Positions 27,596 to 37,357 of a DNA stretch of 64,000 bases are shown here, in pieces (position 1 is the first letter of the stretch; every line of letters begins with the position of its first letter). The stretch is taken from contig MHSS01000002.1 of NCBI GenBank assembly GCA_001822835.1, forward strand, positions 1,060 through 65,059. The letters run 5' to 3'. The translations under genes were made by a program, and so were the position numbers. The notes beneath the pieces are model-generated. The model had not been told where the DNA came from, did no database searches, and worked only from the letters and a program-made list of their open reading frames with translations. This stretch comes from Candidatus Terrybacteria bacterium RIFCSPHIGHO2_01_FULL_48_17 (GTDB lineage Bacteria; Patescibacteriota; Minisyncoccia; Terrybacterales; 2-01-FULL-58-14).

Positions 27596-28566
27596 TGATG
27601 CGGAAATTTTTTTTCTTGGGCCTTTTATGCGCGCTTATCGGCGGCTTGGGTATCGCATCCTTCTTATTTTCACGGGGGTGGATACCAGAGGGTCTGCCGC
27701 GCGAGATGGGGCCAAGGGAAACCACGGTTTCAGCAACCTGGCGCAACAGCCATGTTGCATTTGCCGATACCGCCTATCTTGAAGTCGCGGTTGTCGCAAG
27801 CGCGGATTTGGCTGTTCCCGATACCATTACGATTCATTCTCCCATGCAGACGATCGATTTTGTCATCGAGGGGGAAAAGCAAAAAATTGTGCGGTCGGGA
27901 AATCAGATTATCGCGATACGCACCTTTTCATTTCGTTGCCTGACGTGCTTGGCTCGCCAAGATGGTTATAGCTTTTCTCGAGGAGCCATTACACTTCAGC
28001 GAATCAATGCAAAATCTGCATCGACGATACGATATGATCTTCCGAAGCTTTTCATTACCTCGCGTCTTGTTCCGCAGAATCTCGCCGAACCCATCTTTGA
28101 GCCAGATCGCCTTGAGGCGCCGGAATTTTCGCAGCCACATTGGCTGAATACCCTTGTGGTATTTCTGCCGTGGATGTTTGTTGCCGCGACAGTTGGCGCA
28201 ATTGTTTGGACGGCGCTGTTTGTTTTGAGAAAGGAACCGTCTTCGGCTGCCCAAAAGATTACTCTTCGTTTGTGCTGCAGCAAACTTCGCAGCATTGCCA
28301 AAGCGGTGCCAAGGGCCTCTACGCGCGAGGAAATACAGCGCCTGTGCGATTCGGCGTGGTACTGGTTTGCCGAAGCACTGAATCTTATCGGAACGAGCGA
28401 AGTCCAAGAAACTATTCTTAAGCGGCTTGACGCGTTTGCTTTTGGCGAGCCACAAGATCTTCCCGTGGACCAATTTCGAACCGTCGCCCACGAGGAAATA
28501 GTCGGGGCGCTCTTGAGTGTTCGTAAATTACGTTTTGGGAGAATACGGCGATGGATTGGTTGGTGA
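27595..28566 (+). CDS. membrane protein, BatD/MxaA-like position
   Basis: N-terminal TM, beta-rich domain, second TM, helical C-terminus; translationally coupled. Confidence 0.6.
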   Translation: MMRKFFFLGLLCALIGGLGIASFLFSRGWIPEGLPREMGPRETTVSATWRNSHVAFADTAYLEVAVVASADLAVPDTITIHSPMQTIDFVIEGEKQKIVRSGNQIIAIRTFSFRCLTCLARQDGYSFSRGAITLQRINAKSASTIRYDLPKLFITSRLVPQNLAEPIFEPDRLEAPEFSQPHWLNTLVVFLPWMFVAATVGAIVWTALFVLRKEPSSAAQKITLRLCCSKLRSIAKAVPRASTREEIQRLCDSAWYWFAEALNLIGTSEVQETILKRLDAFAFGEPQDLPVDQFRTVAHEEIVGALLSVRKLRFGRIRRWIGW

Positions 28567-29468
28567 GCAATACAACACTGTCGCCCGTAGTTCTTGCGGG
28601 TGTTCCTATTGTCGTTGGTGCGGCTACGTTGCTTCTTTTCGCATTTGCGCGGCAGCCGATGTTTATGGAGACAGAGAAGCGCACGATATTGTTGCGTTTT
28701 CTCGCCCCTGTTCTTGTTGTATGCGCCGTAGTGTCGGGTTCTGTGGGCCTTATGTTGGGCCTTGCGTCAAGCGGGATTGAGCGTGAACAGGTTATCGTAC
28801 GCACAACTCCTTTGCTCGACTGCATTTTTGTCTTTGACGTTTCTGGATCCATGGGAACAAGACAGGGCCAGCGCGATCTTGTGGTGAAAATCGAAGAATA
28901 TATGGCAGAACACGCCGGGGGCGCTCGCTGCAGCACGATTGCCTTTAGTGATGATGCGGTTGAGGTCGTTGCCCACACACATGAGCACGCGCTCATTTTG
29001 GGGGGTATCGAGTTTGCGCAAGATCAATTAAGCGGGGGCACAAACATTTCCGCAGGCATCCAAAGGGCATATCAAGCGTGGCAGCGCGCAGGAAAGCCGT
29101 CCTCAATTAAAATATTTTTGGTAAGCGACTTGTTAGACGGAAATTCTGGAGAGTATCTCGTCCCCGTAAAAGCTTTGCTGACGGAAGGCGCCGACGTAAC
29201 CATTGTATGGGTTTCGGCGGGAGTGAATCGACGCACCGATCTGAATGCCCAAGTGGTTGAGCTTCGCGCGAGCGGCGCGGCAATTGTGCCGGTCGAGAGC
29301 GAAGAGGGTATTTCCAACATTCCTCTCTCGTTTGATCCTCGGTACCCCCAAGAACAACGAATTGCGCCTTCTGTTTCCGGGCACATTCCACCAAATCTGT
29401 TGATTGCGGGGGGGCTTCTTATGTTCGTTCTTTTCGTTACGCTTTTCCCCTGGGTTCGATGGAGGTGA
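28551..29468 (+). CDS. membrane-anchored VWA protein
   Basis: MIDAS DVSGS, GGTNI and LVSD. Confidence 0.85.
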   Translation: MDWLVSNTTLSPVVLAGVPIVVGAATLLLFAFARQPMFMETEKRTILLRFLAPVLVVCAVVSGSVGLMLGLASSGIEREQVIVRTTPLLDCIFVFDVSGSMGTRQGQRDLVVKIEEYMAEHAGGARCSTIAFSDDAVEVVAHTHEHALILGGIEFAQDQLSGGTNISAGIQRAYQAWQRAGKPSSIKIFLVSDLLDGNSGEYLVPVKALLTEGADVTIVWVSAGVNRRTDLNAQVVELRASGAAIVPVESEEGISNIPLSFDPRYPQEQRIAPSVSGHIPPNLLIAGGLLMFVLFVTLFPWVRWR

Positions 29469-29473
29469 TTTGA

Positions 29474-30037
29474 ATGAGACGCATGCTTGTTCTTTTTCTG
29501 CTTACGATAGTGACGGTTGCTGTATTTGCGGCATCGACCTTGGTATCACGCACGAGTGAACTTGTCTTGCAAGGGGATCGATCGTTTTTGGCGACGCAAG
29601 CGGCGCCCGAAGCATATAAGAAGCTTGAACAACAACCCTGGCAGTTTACGTTTGAGCAATTAGTCCCAGAGGACGAACGCCTGTTGCGCAGAGCATTGGC
29701 GGAAGGCGATCCCGTTTTGCTGCAAACTTTGTTGGTTTCTTCTGATCCTGAAATTGCTTCTTATGCGGCGTTAGTGCTTGGTAGAATCTTTATCGATGCC
29801 GCAGTGTCGCAACAAAATCCCGAATTTGTACAAACGGCACTTGCGCTTTTTATGCAAGCCGCGCGCCTCAATGAGGAAAACGAGGATGCCAAGTATAACC
29901 TCGAGCTTTTGTTCGTTCTCCTTCAAGCTAATCCGCAGTTTCCAAATCCCGGGAACGACTCGGGAGACGAAGGGGACACGGGCGCTAATGGCGGAGACAA
30001 GGGCGCTGGACGCGGCCCATTGGGCGGGGGGTATTAG
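29474..30037 (+). CDS. TPR-like protein (MxaK/BatC-like)
   Basis: EDAKYNLELL motif followed by a Gly/acidic tail. Confidence 0.65.
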   Translation: MRRMLVLFLLTIVTVAVFAASTLVSRTSELVLQGDRSFLATQAAPEAYKKLEQQPWQFTFEQLVPEDERLLRRALAEGDPVLLQTLLVSSDPEIASYAALVLGRIFIDAAVSQQNPEFVQTALALFMQAARLNEENEDAKYNLELLFVLLQANPQFPNPGNDSGDEGDTGANGGDKGAGRGPLGGGY

Positions 30038-30039
30038 CG

Positions 30040-31134
30040 ATGAATATCACGTTTTTGGCGCCCGAGCAGGCGCTCTGGGGCTTGACCTTTGTTGCTGCTT
30101 TTTTCTATCTGATACTCTCAGACAGGAAGGCTGTCCGCGTTAGGCGCGCGTTCGCTTTACCAAATATTGGGTACCGCCGTACGTTCATTTCAGGATTTCT
30201 CCTTTTGGTTCTTGCTGCATCTTTTGCAGCAATTGCCGCGCGTCCGGTAACGTTCGCGAAGGAACCAATAGGCGTTCGCCAAGACGCTGCCATCGTCTTT
30301 CTGTTTGATGCCTCTGAAAGCATGGCAGCAGAACCCGTTGCGACGAGCGGGGCACTCAACCGACTTGAGCGCGCAAAGCTTATGGCACAGGAAGTTGCCG
30401 AGGCCCATCCTGATATTCCGACGGGCATTTATGCCTTTACCGATATTCTTGTTCCGCATCTTCCGGTTTCGTCCGATCGCAATGCGATTCGTGTCGCTCT
30501 TGCTGACGTAGTAAAAATCGGATCGGTTCCCGTACGCACGTACACCATTGAGAGTTCTCCCGGAGTTATTACAACCCTGCAACCCATTATCTTGCGCGCA
30601 CGTTATCTGTTTCCGGAATACACGACGCAACGCATACTCGTGGTGTTCTCTGACGGGGATTTCGCATCCAGTACCCGTTACGCAATCCCCGCGATTTCCG
30701 AGCGACTTTTACAGAACCACATTAAATTGGTTACCGTAGCGGTTGGGAACTGGCATGAGCGTATTCCGGAAGTTACCAAAGAAGGGATGCGTACCGGCAG
30801 ATACGTCCGGCATATCCCTGCCGTTGACGAACAGTTTTTGCGTACGTTTGCGGAAGAATCGCAGGGAATGCATCTCACGGAATCCGATAGCGCAGAACTC
30901 GGACGTTTTGTCGGAGAAACGGTTGTCGATTCCGCACGAGACGCTTCCCTTGAGCGGATCGTTGTAAAAGATAGGACGTGGTGGTTCGTAATCGTTGCGG
31001 CCTCCGCCCTGATTCTTTTGGTGCTTTGGAGGTTGGGGACAATGATTTTGCTTCGTTCGGTTGCCAGCCATGCAGTAAAAATTGTTTTGCGCATGGCACG
31101 AATAGTTCTTTCTTTAAGATTAAGATACCGTTAA
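30040..31134 (+). CDS. membrane-anchored VWA protein (BatB/MxaL-like)
   Basis: TFLAP N-terminus, MIDAS DASES, RLERAK and VFSDG. Confidence 0.85.
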   Translation: MNITFLAPEQALWGLTFVAAFFYLILSDRKAVRVRRAFALPNIGYRRTFISGFLLLVLAASFAAIAARPVTFAKEPIGVRQDAAIVFLFDASESMAAEPVATSGALNRLERAKLMAQEVAEAHPDIPTGIYAFTDILVPHLPVSSDRNAIRVALADVVKIGSVPVRTYTIESSPGVITTLQPIILRARYLFPEYTTQRILVVFSDGDFASSTRYAIPAISERLLQNHIKLVTVAVGNWHERIPEVTKEGMRTGRYVRHIPAVDEQFLRTFAEESQGMHLTESDSAELGRFVGETVVDSARDASLERIVVKDRTWWFVIVAASALILLVLWRLGTMILLRSVASHAVKIVLRMARIVLSLRLRYR

Positions 31135-31181
31135 CCCTCGGCGCTTGCGCATCCGGGGGTTTTGTTTTATGAAGAAAAGAG

Positions 31182-31697
31182 ATGACGTTATCCAAGCAAG
31201 ATTTTTTTAGCCCGACCGTCGGACGGCTTTCGTTTGACGGAGTAGTGTATGCAATTGTGGGGTTGGTGCGCGAGTATCCTGGCGCACCTTTTCGTATCAG
31301 TGTCGGGACCGATTCCGAAGAGATTTTGGGGCACGTGAAATTTATGACGGTTATTCATGTATGGCGCATAGGACATGGTGCGCGCGCATTTCGTACCGAG
31401 GGCAATGGATCAGAAATAAAAACCGGGACACCGAAAAACTTCCGGCCGCGCATTTACGAGGAGATTTTACGCACGGCCACGTTAGCTCAAGAGCTGCGAT
31501 CGGCCCTTCGCGAAGCGTTTGGTGACCCGAATCTTGAAGATATCGAGGTGCATGCCGACGTATCAGAAACAGGAGGCACTTCCTCGATGTTGCGCGAGGT
31601 GATTGGGATGCTGAAGGGTTATGGATTTGCCGATGCCCTTATCAAAATAAAACCGGAAGCATATGCGGCGTCTGCGGTAGCGGATCATTATATTTAG
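31182..31697 (+). CDS. RNase H-like YkuK (DUF458) family protein
   Basis: VGTDS, EVHAD and IKPEAYAASAVAD. Confidence 0.88.
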   Translation: MTLSKQDFFSPTVGRLSFDGVVYAIVGLVREYPGAPFRISVGTDSEEILGHVKFMTVIHVWRIGHGARAFRTEGNGSEIKTGTPKNFRPRIYEEILRTATLAQELRSALREAFGDPNLEDIEVHADVSETGGTSSMLREVIGMLKGYGFADALIKIKPEAYAASAVADHYI

Positions 31698-31891
31698 GGA
31701 ATGGGGGTGTAGGGCTTAGGAAGTCGACTAGAATATGTATGAAGAAATATTCAATGAAAGCGGCAAAGAGGGGCAGGACGGCATATCGGACGCCGTCTGT
31801 TTTTCGCTATAAAAAAGAAAAAGATGTTTTGACAAAAAAGGCAAACGTGGGTTATAACAGAAAGCCCTAGCACCTTGAAAGGAACAAATGG

Positions 31892-32590
31892 GTGTCTCAG
31901 GAAGTTGAGCTGAAGTGGAGAGTGCGCACGTTCGATCGAGTTTTGATGGGAATGTGGCAGCTTGTAGTTGGAAGGCCTTTGCTTACGCGCTTGCGACGAT
32001 CAATTCCGCACCTTTCCGGTATGTCCGCCAATGATTTGCGTGCAAAATTTGGGCCGAATATTGTTGGTCGGCACCCTTGGGTATTTGAAAGGAATATTAA
32101 ATATGATACGCCAAGCGGCAAAGATGGTCGTTTGCGCATGGTGGTATCGCATTATGGCGTTCACGGCGCAGCGGATAGGATTTTTGAGCTTACGCTAAAG
32201 CAATTTGTCCCGCATCCCGATTTTCAAATTCAGGATGAGGTCAGCATTCCTTTAGTAGGCGTTTCGGGAAACGGTATCCAACATTGGTTGCGTAGCTGCG
32301 GTTGGAAACAGCGATGGGTATATGAGAACAGACGTACCGATATTCGAATATCCGGAGTGGTAGTGTCATTGCGCAGCTTTCCGGCTTTTGGGCTTTGGGT
32401 AGAGATTGAAGGATTGCCTGACGATATCTTGCGCGTGGCGCGGGCATTTGGCTTAAGACCAAACCGCGCAGTGCGCGAGGGTTGGCATTCTATATGGCAA
32501 GAATTCTGTAGAACACATCGGGGGTATGATCCCGACAATCTTACGTTTTCCGCCATAAAATTCGCAAAAAAGGAGAAGAAGAATGGGTGA
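31892..32590 (+). CDS. CYTH-domain protein (class IV adenylate cyclase/triphosphatase fold)
   Basis: N-terminal EVELK, RLR, LTLK, YENRR and VEIEG. Confidence 0.75.
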   Translation: MSQEVELKWRVRTFDRVLMGMWQLVVGRPLLTRLRRSIPHLSGMSANDLRAKFGPNIVGRHPWVFERNIKYDTPSGKDGRLRMVVSHYGVHGAADRIFELTLKQFVPHPDFQIQDEVSIPLVGVSGNGIQHWLRSCGWKQRWVYENRRTDIRISGVVVSLRSFPAFGLWVEIEGLPDDILRVARAFGLRPNRAVREGWHSIWQEFCRTHRGYDPDNLTFSAIKFAKKEKKNG

Positions 32591-33233
32591 TGTACAAGTG
32601 AAAATTGCAGTGCCTGGAGGGCCGGGTTCTGGCAAGTCAACGCTGGTAAAGCTTCTTTCGGTGGCGCTCGGGGACGAACGGAGGGTTGGGCGCGTCATTG
32701 CTTCCGAAGCCCCTGTCGAATACGCACGTACATTTATTGACCGTCGGGCCAAGAGAGAGCTGGTGAAGGGGAAAATGGTGCCCGGACGACCCTTAAATGT
32801 ATATGATCAAGTGCTCTTGTACCTCGGGCAAAAACGGCGCGAGGAAGATCTTGCCGACTATCCGATTCTTATTACCGATAGCCCCACCTTTTTTCCCTAC
32901 GTCTATTTCGAGGAGGTTGAGAAGCTCGAGGGAATCATCGGTGATTTTACGCGAGATCTGATCCGGAGATTTTTGGAACAGCACGCCTATCAAGATGCGC
33001 ATAATTATGACCTTATTCTTTTTGCGCCGCCGAATATTCCATTTAGAACGGATCCTACGCGATGGCAGCAAGATTTCAAGCAGCGCAAGCGCACGTCCGA
33101 TCGCATTGAGGCATTTTTGATGTTAAACAATGTTTCCTATGTGCGCTTACGAGCGCGTTCCCGACAGGGAAGGGTGCGCGAAGCGCTGAAACATATAATT
33201 CCGCTTTTAGAAAATGAACTCGCCCCGAAATAG
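32583..33233 (+). CDS. NadR/Ttd14-like (AAA_28) P-loop kinase
   Basis: GGPGSGKST, EYAR, ITDSP, YDLILF and DPTR. Confidence 0.8.
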   Translation: MGDVQVKIAVPGGPGSGKSTLVKLLSVALGDERRVGRVIASEAPVEYARTFIDRRAKRELVKGKMVPGRPLNVYDQVLLYLGQKRREEDLADYPILITDSPTFFPYVYFEEVEKLEGIIGDFTRDLIRRFLEQHAYQDAHNYDLILFAPPNIPFRTDPTRWQQDFKQRKRTSDRIEAFLMLNNVSYVRLRARSRQGRVREALKHIIPLLENELAPK

Positions 33234-33246
33234 CTCGGGGCGATTT

Positions 33247-33537
33247 TTACTCTTCGGTCCAGTACTTTACTTCAGGGTCGGATGCGCCTCCGACCTTGAT
33301 GCGTGGAGGAGGGCTATAAATTTTCTGTTCTCTCCCATCAGGGAGTTTCTCGAAAACCTTCAGCCAGTCTGGGTTGTAGTGGAGCGGCCAGTTTGCTCCT
33401 TTGCGCTCGCGGCTCTTCAACTCAAGGAGAAGCTTGCCGCGCGCGCTTTGAAGGTCCGGCGCTTCGATGATTTCGTTAATCGCCGGTCTCATATCGTTGA
33501 AGCGGCCGACAAAATGGAACGTAGTCACGGGACCCAC
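33247..33537 (-). CDS. hypothetical protein
   Basis: Overlaps the upstream ORF; 96 aa. Confidence 0.5.
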   Translation of the reverse strand: MGPVTTFHFVGRFNDMRPAINEIIEAPDLQSARGKLLLELKSRERKGANWPLHYNPDWLKVFEKLPDGREQKIYSPPPRIKVGGASDPEVKYWTEE

Positions 33538-33746
33538 GTTTTATTGTCGGTGATGTCGGTGACTTCGCAGTCGCCAAGATAGGGCCGGAAATTTGGGTTT
33601 GTGCTTTGGTCTTCCAAGCGCCTCGCGATGAGCCACCGTGCTTGTTTTGGAGAGATCGCCCAACAGTATTTTCTTATCTCCCCGAAGTTAGGTACAATAC
33701 CTTCCACGCGATAGTGTCGTTTCTTCGGGTTTATACGTTTGGGCAT
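33525..33746 (-). CDS. hypothetical protein
   Basis: 73 aa, SD-like AAGGAAG upstream. Confidence 0.55.
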   Translation of the reverse strand: MPKRINPKKRHYRVEGIVPNFGEIRKYCWAISPKQARWLIARRLEDQSTNPNFRPYLGDCEVTDITDNKTWVP

Positions 33747-33862
33747 TGCCCGCTTCCTTTGCAGTGCGCGCAGGCGCCCAGTTTAATGCTTCCCGCAATG
33801 AGCGCCATGCCCGTGCCATTGCAGGGCCTGCAGCGCGTACCGCCGCAGCATTGGTTCTTCAT
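33731..33862 (-). CDS. 43-aa protein with DnaJ-type CxxCxGxG repeats
   Basis: MKNQCCGGTRCRPCNGTGMALIAGSIKLGACAHCKGSGQCPNV*; AAAGGAGG SD; not in the ORF track. Confidence 0.6.
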   Translation of the reverse strand: MKNQCCGGTRCRPCNGTGMALIAGSIKLGACAHCKGSGQCPNV

Positions 33863-33949
33863 TCCCGTCCTCCTTTAACCTGTTGTAAACCGGATCATTT
33901 TATGCTATCCTTTTTATATCATACTTTAATGTTCTTGTCAATATTTTCT

Positions 33950-34021
33950 GCCCCTATAGCTCAACGGACAGAGCGCAAGCCTCCGGAGCTTGAGATCGGG
34001 GTTCGATTCCTCGTAGGGGTA
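33950..34021 (+). tRNA. tRNA-Arg(CCG)
   Basis: GCCCCTA/TAGGGGT acceptor, CAAGC-CTCCGGA-GCTTG anticodon arm, GTTCGATTC T-loop. Confidence 0.93.
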
Positions 34022-34213
34022 CGGGTTTGGTGCGGGGCGGAGCTGAAGATTGCGCGTTCGAGTCGCGCCAGAGACGCCGTGCTTTTTAAGAAAGAAGCGT
34101 GCCATCCGGAAAGGCACCCCCCTTGTGCTTCTTAAGCGCTATAATCAAAAGAAAGTTGGGAAATGATGATATAATGCCGCCAGGAAGGCGGCATTTCTGT
34201 TATAATATAAAAT

Positions 34214-34549
34214 ATGGAATCTTCCGCGGAACATACGGGCGAGCAACAGAAGGACAATCTTCATAGGGGTATTGATATCGTTATGGAAATTGCCGCGCGG
34301 CACGAACAAAAGCTTCGTGAGCTGATTGAACGGAAGGGCGGCGAGATGCCGATTAATCCTATCGTGGATGGCCCGATAACTTCAGAGGGGCTTAGTAATG
34401 AATTTGAAACATTGGCGCGCGAGCATGGAGTTGATCTTGAAGATTTTTATCAACGGGCAGGGAGCTGGACGCTTTTCGGCCATCAGTTTGAGGGAGCTGC
34501 CTGGTATCAAATTCTCATGCATCACGTGCGCGAAGGGCAAAAACATTAA
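34214..34549 (+). CDS. hypothetical protein
   Basis: TATAAT ends 7 nt before the ATG; 111 aa. Confidence 0.6.
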   Translation: MESSAEHTGEQQKDNLHRGIDIVMEIAARHEQKLRELIERKGGEMPINPIVDGPITSEGLSNEFETLAREHGVDLEDFYQRAGSWTLFGHQFEGAAWYQILMHHVREGQKH

Positions 34550-34562
34550 CACGCAATATCTT

Positions 34563-35912
34563 ATGGCAAAACTTACGTTTCTTGGCGGAGCTCGTTCGGT
34601 AACCGGAGCGCAATACCTTTTGGAAACGAATAGCGCACGGATTTTAATTGACTGTGGCCTTACCCAGGGTTGTCATTTTTGCGAGGGTGCCAACATTCGT
34701 CCATTTTCGTTTGATCTTTCACGACTCGATTTGGTAATTATAACCCATGCCCACGTTGATCATGTGGGACTTATCCCAAAACTTGCCAAAGAGGGCTATC
34801 GCGGGCCGATTTACGCAACCCCTGCAACCATTGAAATGGCAAAACTTATGTTAGACGACAGCGCGGACCTTTTAGGACATGAAGCCCGCGAACGTGGAGA
34901 AGAGGCGCCGTATACGCAGCAAGATCTTGTGCAGACATTTCCGTTATTTCGTTCGCTCGACTATGAACACAAGGGAACCGCCAAGGACGTTTCCTTTTCC
35001 TTCCATGAAGCAGGACACGTGCTTGGGTCAGGCGTTGTTGAAATTGAAGCAGAAGGAATGCGTCTTGCGTTTTCTGGAGATCTTGGTAACCCCCCAGCTT
35101 CTTTGCTTCGGCTTCCCGAGGCAATACCTAATTCAAATTATGTCATTGTGGAATCCGCCTACGGCGACCGTATTCATGAAGACCGTAGCCGCCGTCGAGA
35201 AATCCTGGAAGACGTGGTGGAAGATACCGTACGGCGCGGCGGGACGTTGCTTATCCCTGCTTTTGCGTTTGAGCGCACGCAAGAAATTTTACATGAATTG
35301 CACGATCTTATGGAAACCCGCAAGATTCCGCGTCTCCCCGTTTTTCTCGACAGTCCCCTCGCCATTCGGGCCGTTGATATCTTTCGGCAGTTTGAGCATT
35401 ACTTCAACAAAGAGGCCGTTACGCACACGATTCGCGGAGACGAACTTTTTAAATTTCCAAACGTCAGTTTTTGTCGAACGGTTGAGGAATCAAAACATAT
35501 TAATGACATTCTGCCGCCCAAAATTATTATCGCCGGTTCCGGCATGATGCAAGGGGGGCGGATTTTACACCACGCACGGCGTTATCTTCCCGATGATAAA
35601 TCTAGCTTGCTGATTCTTGGGTTTCAGGCTGGAGGTTCGTTGGGTCGGCAACTTTTATCAAAGGCGAAACGCGTACGAATCTTGGGCGAAAATGTTTCGG
35701 TCCGCTGCAGGGTTAAAGCAATTGGCGGCTACTCGGCTCATGCGGATCAAGAAGGTCTTATGCAATGGGTGCGCGCATGCGGAAAACCCAAGAAAGTGTT
35801 TGTGGTTCAGGGCGAGGAAGCCGCCTCATTGGCATTGCGCCAACGTATACGAGACGAGATGGGATTTGATGTGATGGTGCCTTATAGGGGAGATATGGTC
35901 GTGTTAGAATAA
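34563..35912 (+). CDS. MBL-fold beta-CASP ribonuclease (Ysh1/TTHA0252-like)
   Basis: THAHVDHVG, AGHVLG, FSGDLG, ESAYGDR and YSAHAD. Confidence 0.93.
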   Translation: MAKLTFLGGARSVTGAQYLLETNSARILIDCGLTQGCHFCEGANIRPFSFDLSRLDLVIITHAHVDHVGLIPKLAKEGYRGPIYATPATIEMAKLMLDDSADLLGHEARERGEEAPYTQQDLVQTFPLFRSLDYEHKGTAKDVSFSFHEAGHVLGSGVVEIEAEGMRLAFSGDLGNPPASLLRLPEAIPNSNYVIVESAYGDRIHEDRSRRREILEDVVEDTVRRGGTLLIPAFAFERTQEILHELHDLMETRKIPRLPVFLDSPLAIRAVDIFRQFEHYFNKEAVTHTIRGDELFKFPNVSFCRTVEESKHINDILPPKIIIAGSGMMQGGRILHHARRYLPDDKSSLLILGFQAGGSLGRQLLSKAKRVRILGENVSVRCRVKAIGGYSAHADQEGLMQWVRACGKPKKVFVVQGEEAASLALRQRIRDEMGFDVMVPYRGDMVVLE

Positions 35913-35916
35913 ACGC

Positions 35917-36543
35917 ATGCCGCAAACACCAAAAAAACCTGTTGCGATAGGGGAACCGAAACTCAAGATTTGCGTATCGGGTGCTGCCGACACCGGACAC
36001 TGCGCCAAAGATGCATTGGAAAAGGCAAAGGAAATCGGGCGAGAAATTGTACGCCACAACAGCGTTTTGGTAACGGGCGCGACCCACGGCGCTCCTTACT
36101 GGGCAGCTATTGGCGCTAAAGAGGAGGGCGGTTTTTCTATTGGCCTTTCGCCAGCCGCCTCGTTTGCAGCACATACCAAGACCTATCGCCTCCCTACCGA
36201 TTACTTTGATATAATTGTGTATACGGGCTTTGAATACTCCGGGCGCAATTTGTTGCTTACCCGTTCTTCTGATGCGATTGTGGTGGTATGCGGTCGCATG
36301 GGAACGCTCAATGAGTTTACGATCGCATTTGAGGAACATAAGCCCATAGGGATATTGGAAGGCACGGGTGGCACAGCCGACATGGTTCGGGATTTGGTGC
36401 GAAAAATGCACCGCGGAGCAGGCACTATCATTTATGATCGTGACCCCCATCGTTTGATAAAACGTTTGTGCGCGGCTGTTCGGAAAAATAAACAAAGAAG
36501 CGAAAAGGTCGAAAAATTAGAACTTGTTCGTTCTCATTTATGA
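35917..36543 (+). CDS. LOG/SLOG family protein (TIGR00725-like)
   Basis: VTGA, RNLLL and GRMGTLNEF. Confidence 0.88.
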   Translation: MPQTPKKPVAIGEPKLKICVSGAADTGHCAKDALEKAKEIGREIVRHNSVLVTGATHGAPYWAAIGAKEEGGFSIGLSPAASFAAHTKTYRLPTDYFDIIVYTGFEYSGRNLLLTRSSDAIVVVCGRMGTLNEFTIAFEEHKPIGILEGTGGTADMVRDLVRKMHRGAGTIIYDRDPHRLIKRLCAAVRKNKQRSEKVEKLELVRSHL

Positions 36544-36800
36544 ATACCAATACGGGCGAACTTGTGGGAGCCATAACACATTACTATCCAAAAATTAATG
36601 TTGCGGTCGTAAAGTTGTCGGCGCCGTTGCGTGTGGGGGATAATATACAGGTAGTTACGAAGGGCGGAGAATTTACGCAGGCCGTATCATCCATGCAGGT
36701 CGACCACAAATCCGTTAACCAAGGCAACGCGGGCGAGGTTATTGCGATTATGGTTGAACAAAAAGTCCGCGAGGGGGATGAAGTTCGCAAAGTTCAATAA
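36540..36800 (+). CDS. translation-factor domain II-like beta-barrel protein
   Basis: VGAITHYYPKINVAVV...QAVSSMQVDH...KVREGD. Confidence 0.8.
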   Translation: MNTNTGELVGAITHYYPKINVAVVKLSAPLRVGDNIQVVTKGGEFTQAVSSMQVDHKSVNQGNAGEVIAIMVEQKVREGDEVRKVQ

Positions 36801-36889
36801 ATATCCAATCTCCAAATCCCAATTTCCAATATTATTTTTAAACGCGAAGCCATGTTGGTTATTTGGATTTTGGTATTGGGATTTTTGCA

Positions 36890-37357
36890 ATGCTAGATTT
36901 TCTTGATCCAGAATGGATATTCGTTCCGCGTCTGCTTTTGGCAGCGCTTTTGGGCGCGGTAGTTGGTTTTGAACGCGAATATTTCGGGAAAGCAGCGGGC
37001 TTAAGAACCTTTTCCTTGGTTTCGCTTGGCGCGTGTCTTTTTACCGTGCTATCGCTTGCCGGATTTCAAGAAATTGCGGCACAGACCGGTGCCGTGATTG
37101 ATCCTTCGCGTATCGCAGCGCAGGTAGTGGTGGGCATCGGTTTTTTGGGTGCGGGGCTCATTATATTTCGTGGATTCCGCGTAGAGGGGCTAACAACCGC
37201 CGCCGGACTTTGGGTGTCTTCCGCCATAGGAATGTCTGTTGGGGTTGGCATGTATTTGCTGGCGGCCGTCACCTCGATTTTGATGGTAATTATTTTCTTC
37301 TTCTTAAAACGGATAGAGCCGGAAGAGCATGATGGACATCGCGATCATGCGCTCTAG
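36890..37357 (+). CDS. MgtC/SapB family membrane protein
   Basis: GFERE, AGLRT, DPSRIAAQVVVGIGFLGAG and GLTTAA. Confidence 0.92.
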   Translation: MLDFLDPEWIFVPRLLLAALLGAVVGFEREYFGKAAGLRTFSLVSLGACLFTVLSLAGFQEIAAQTGAVIDPSRIAAQVVVGIGFLGAGLIIFRGFRVEGLTTAAGLWVSSAIGMSVGVGMYLLAAVTSILMVIIFFFLKRIEPEEHDGHRDHAL

